From NCBI GenBank assembly GCA_030141605.1, contig JAQGDQ010000263.1:62001-126000 (forward strand): a stretch of DNA of 64,000 nucleotides, read 5' to 3'. Positions 63,775 through 64,000 of this stretch are shown piece by piece (position 1 is the stretch's first letter; every line of letters starts with the position of its first letter). The translations under genes were made by a program, and so were the position numbers. The notes below the pieces were generated by a model. The model did no database searches and had not been told where the DNA came from. It was given only the letters and a program-made list of their open reading frames with translations. The stretch is from Tubiluchus corallicola. Lineage: Eukaryota; Animalia; Priapulida.

Positions 63775-64000
63775 GTAAAAAGAGTCTGATACCAAAAAAT
63801 TTTGTTTTTGTTGATATTGTTTTTTTCTTATACCTAATTATACCTTTACTAGTAATTTCGTAGCGCATATAATTTTTAATTTATTAATTTAAGAAGGGTA
63901 GCTGACTCGATGACACAAAGGTCTTTCTCTTGCAACTTCTTAATCACTTGTTAACATATATTTTCTTCCTTTTATATATAAATTTATAAATTCTATATGT

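Overview
AT-rich, repeat-dense animal genomic DNA with spliceosomal GT-AG introns. It looks like an invertebrate (NIT-GC plus Sema1-type gene plus TTAGGG-type repeats suggests a marine lophotrochozoan, but this is inference). Three genes can be built by hand. (1) The 5' part of a semaphorin-1a-like gene on the minus strand: putative 5'UTR exon at ~44.5 kb, signal-peptide exon 40346-40475, Sema-domain exon 20217-20307; no further exon was found in the window. (2) A divergently oriented NIT-domain membrane guanylyl cyclase (NIT-GC) on the plus strand: 8 phase-compatible exons at 51919-63774, 527 codons, 3' end outside the window, architecture TM-NIT-TM-coiled coil-cyclase with no kinase-homology domain. 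(3) An intronless rhodopsin-class GPCR with two frame-disrupting lesions, nested antisense in NIT-GC intron 1. The most notable signal is that the cyclase keeps the metal-binding Asp pair but has lost the catalytic Asn/Arg pair ([12 protein letters not shown] vs GDTVNTASRMES). This is the pattern of the soluble GC alpha subunit and suggests an obligate-heterodimer or regulatory NIT-GC. A tandem E-box/CCAAT cluster at ~44.7 kb may be a shared bidirectional promoter. The rest is MITEs (hAT, piggyBac-like, Kolobok-like), LINE remnants and satellites, including a 3.4-kb array with an exact 1217-bp higher-order repeat. Nearly all other short ORFs in the ORF track are spurious.
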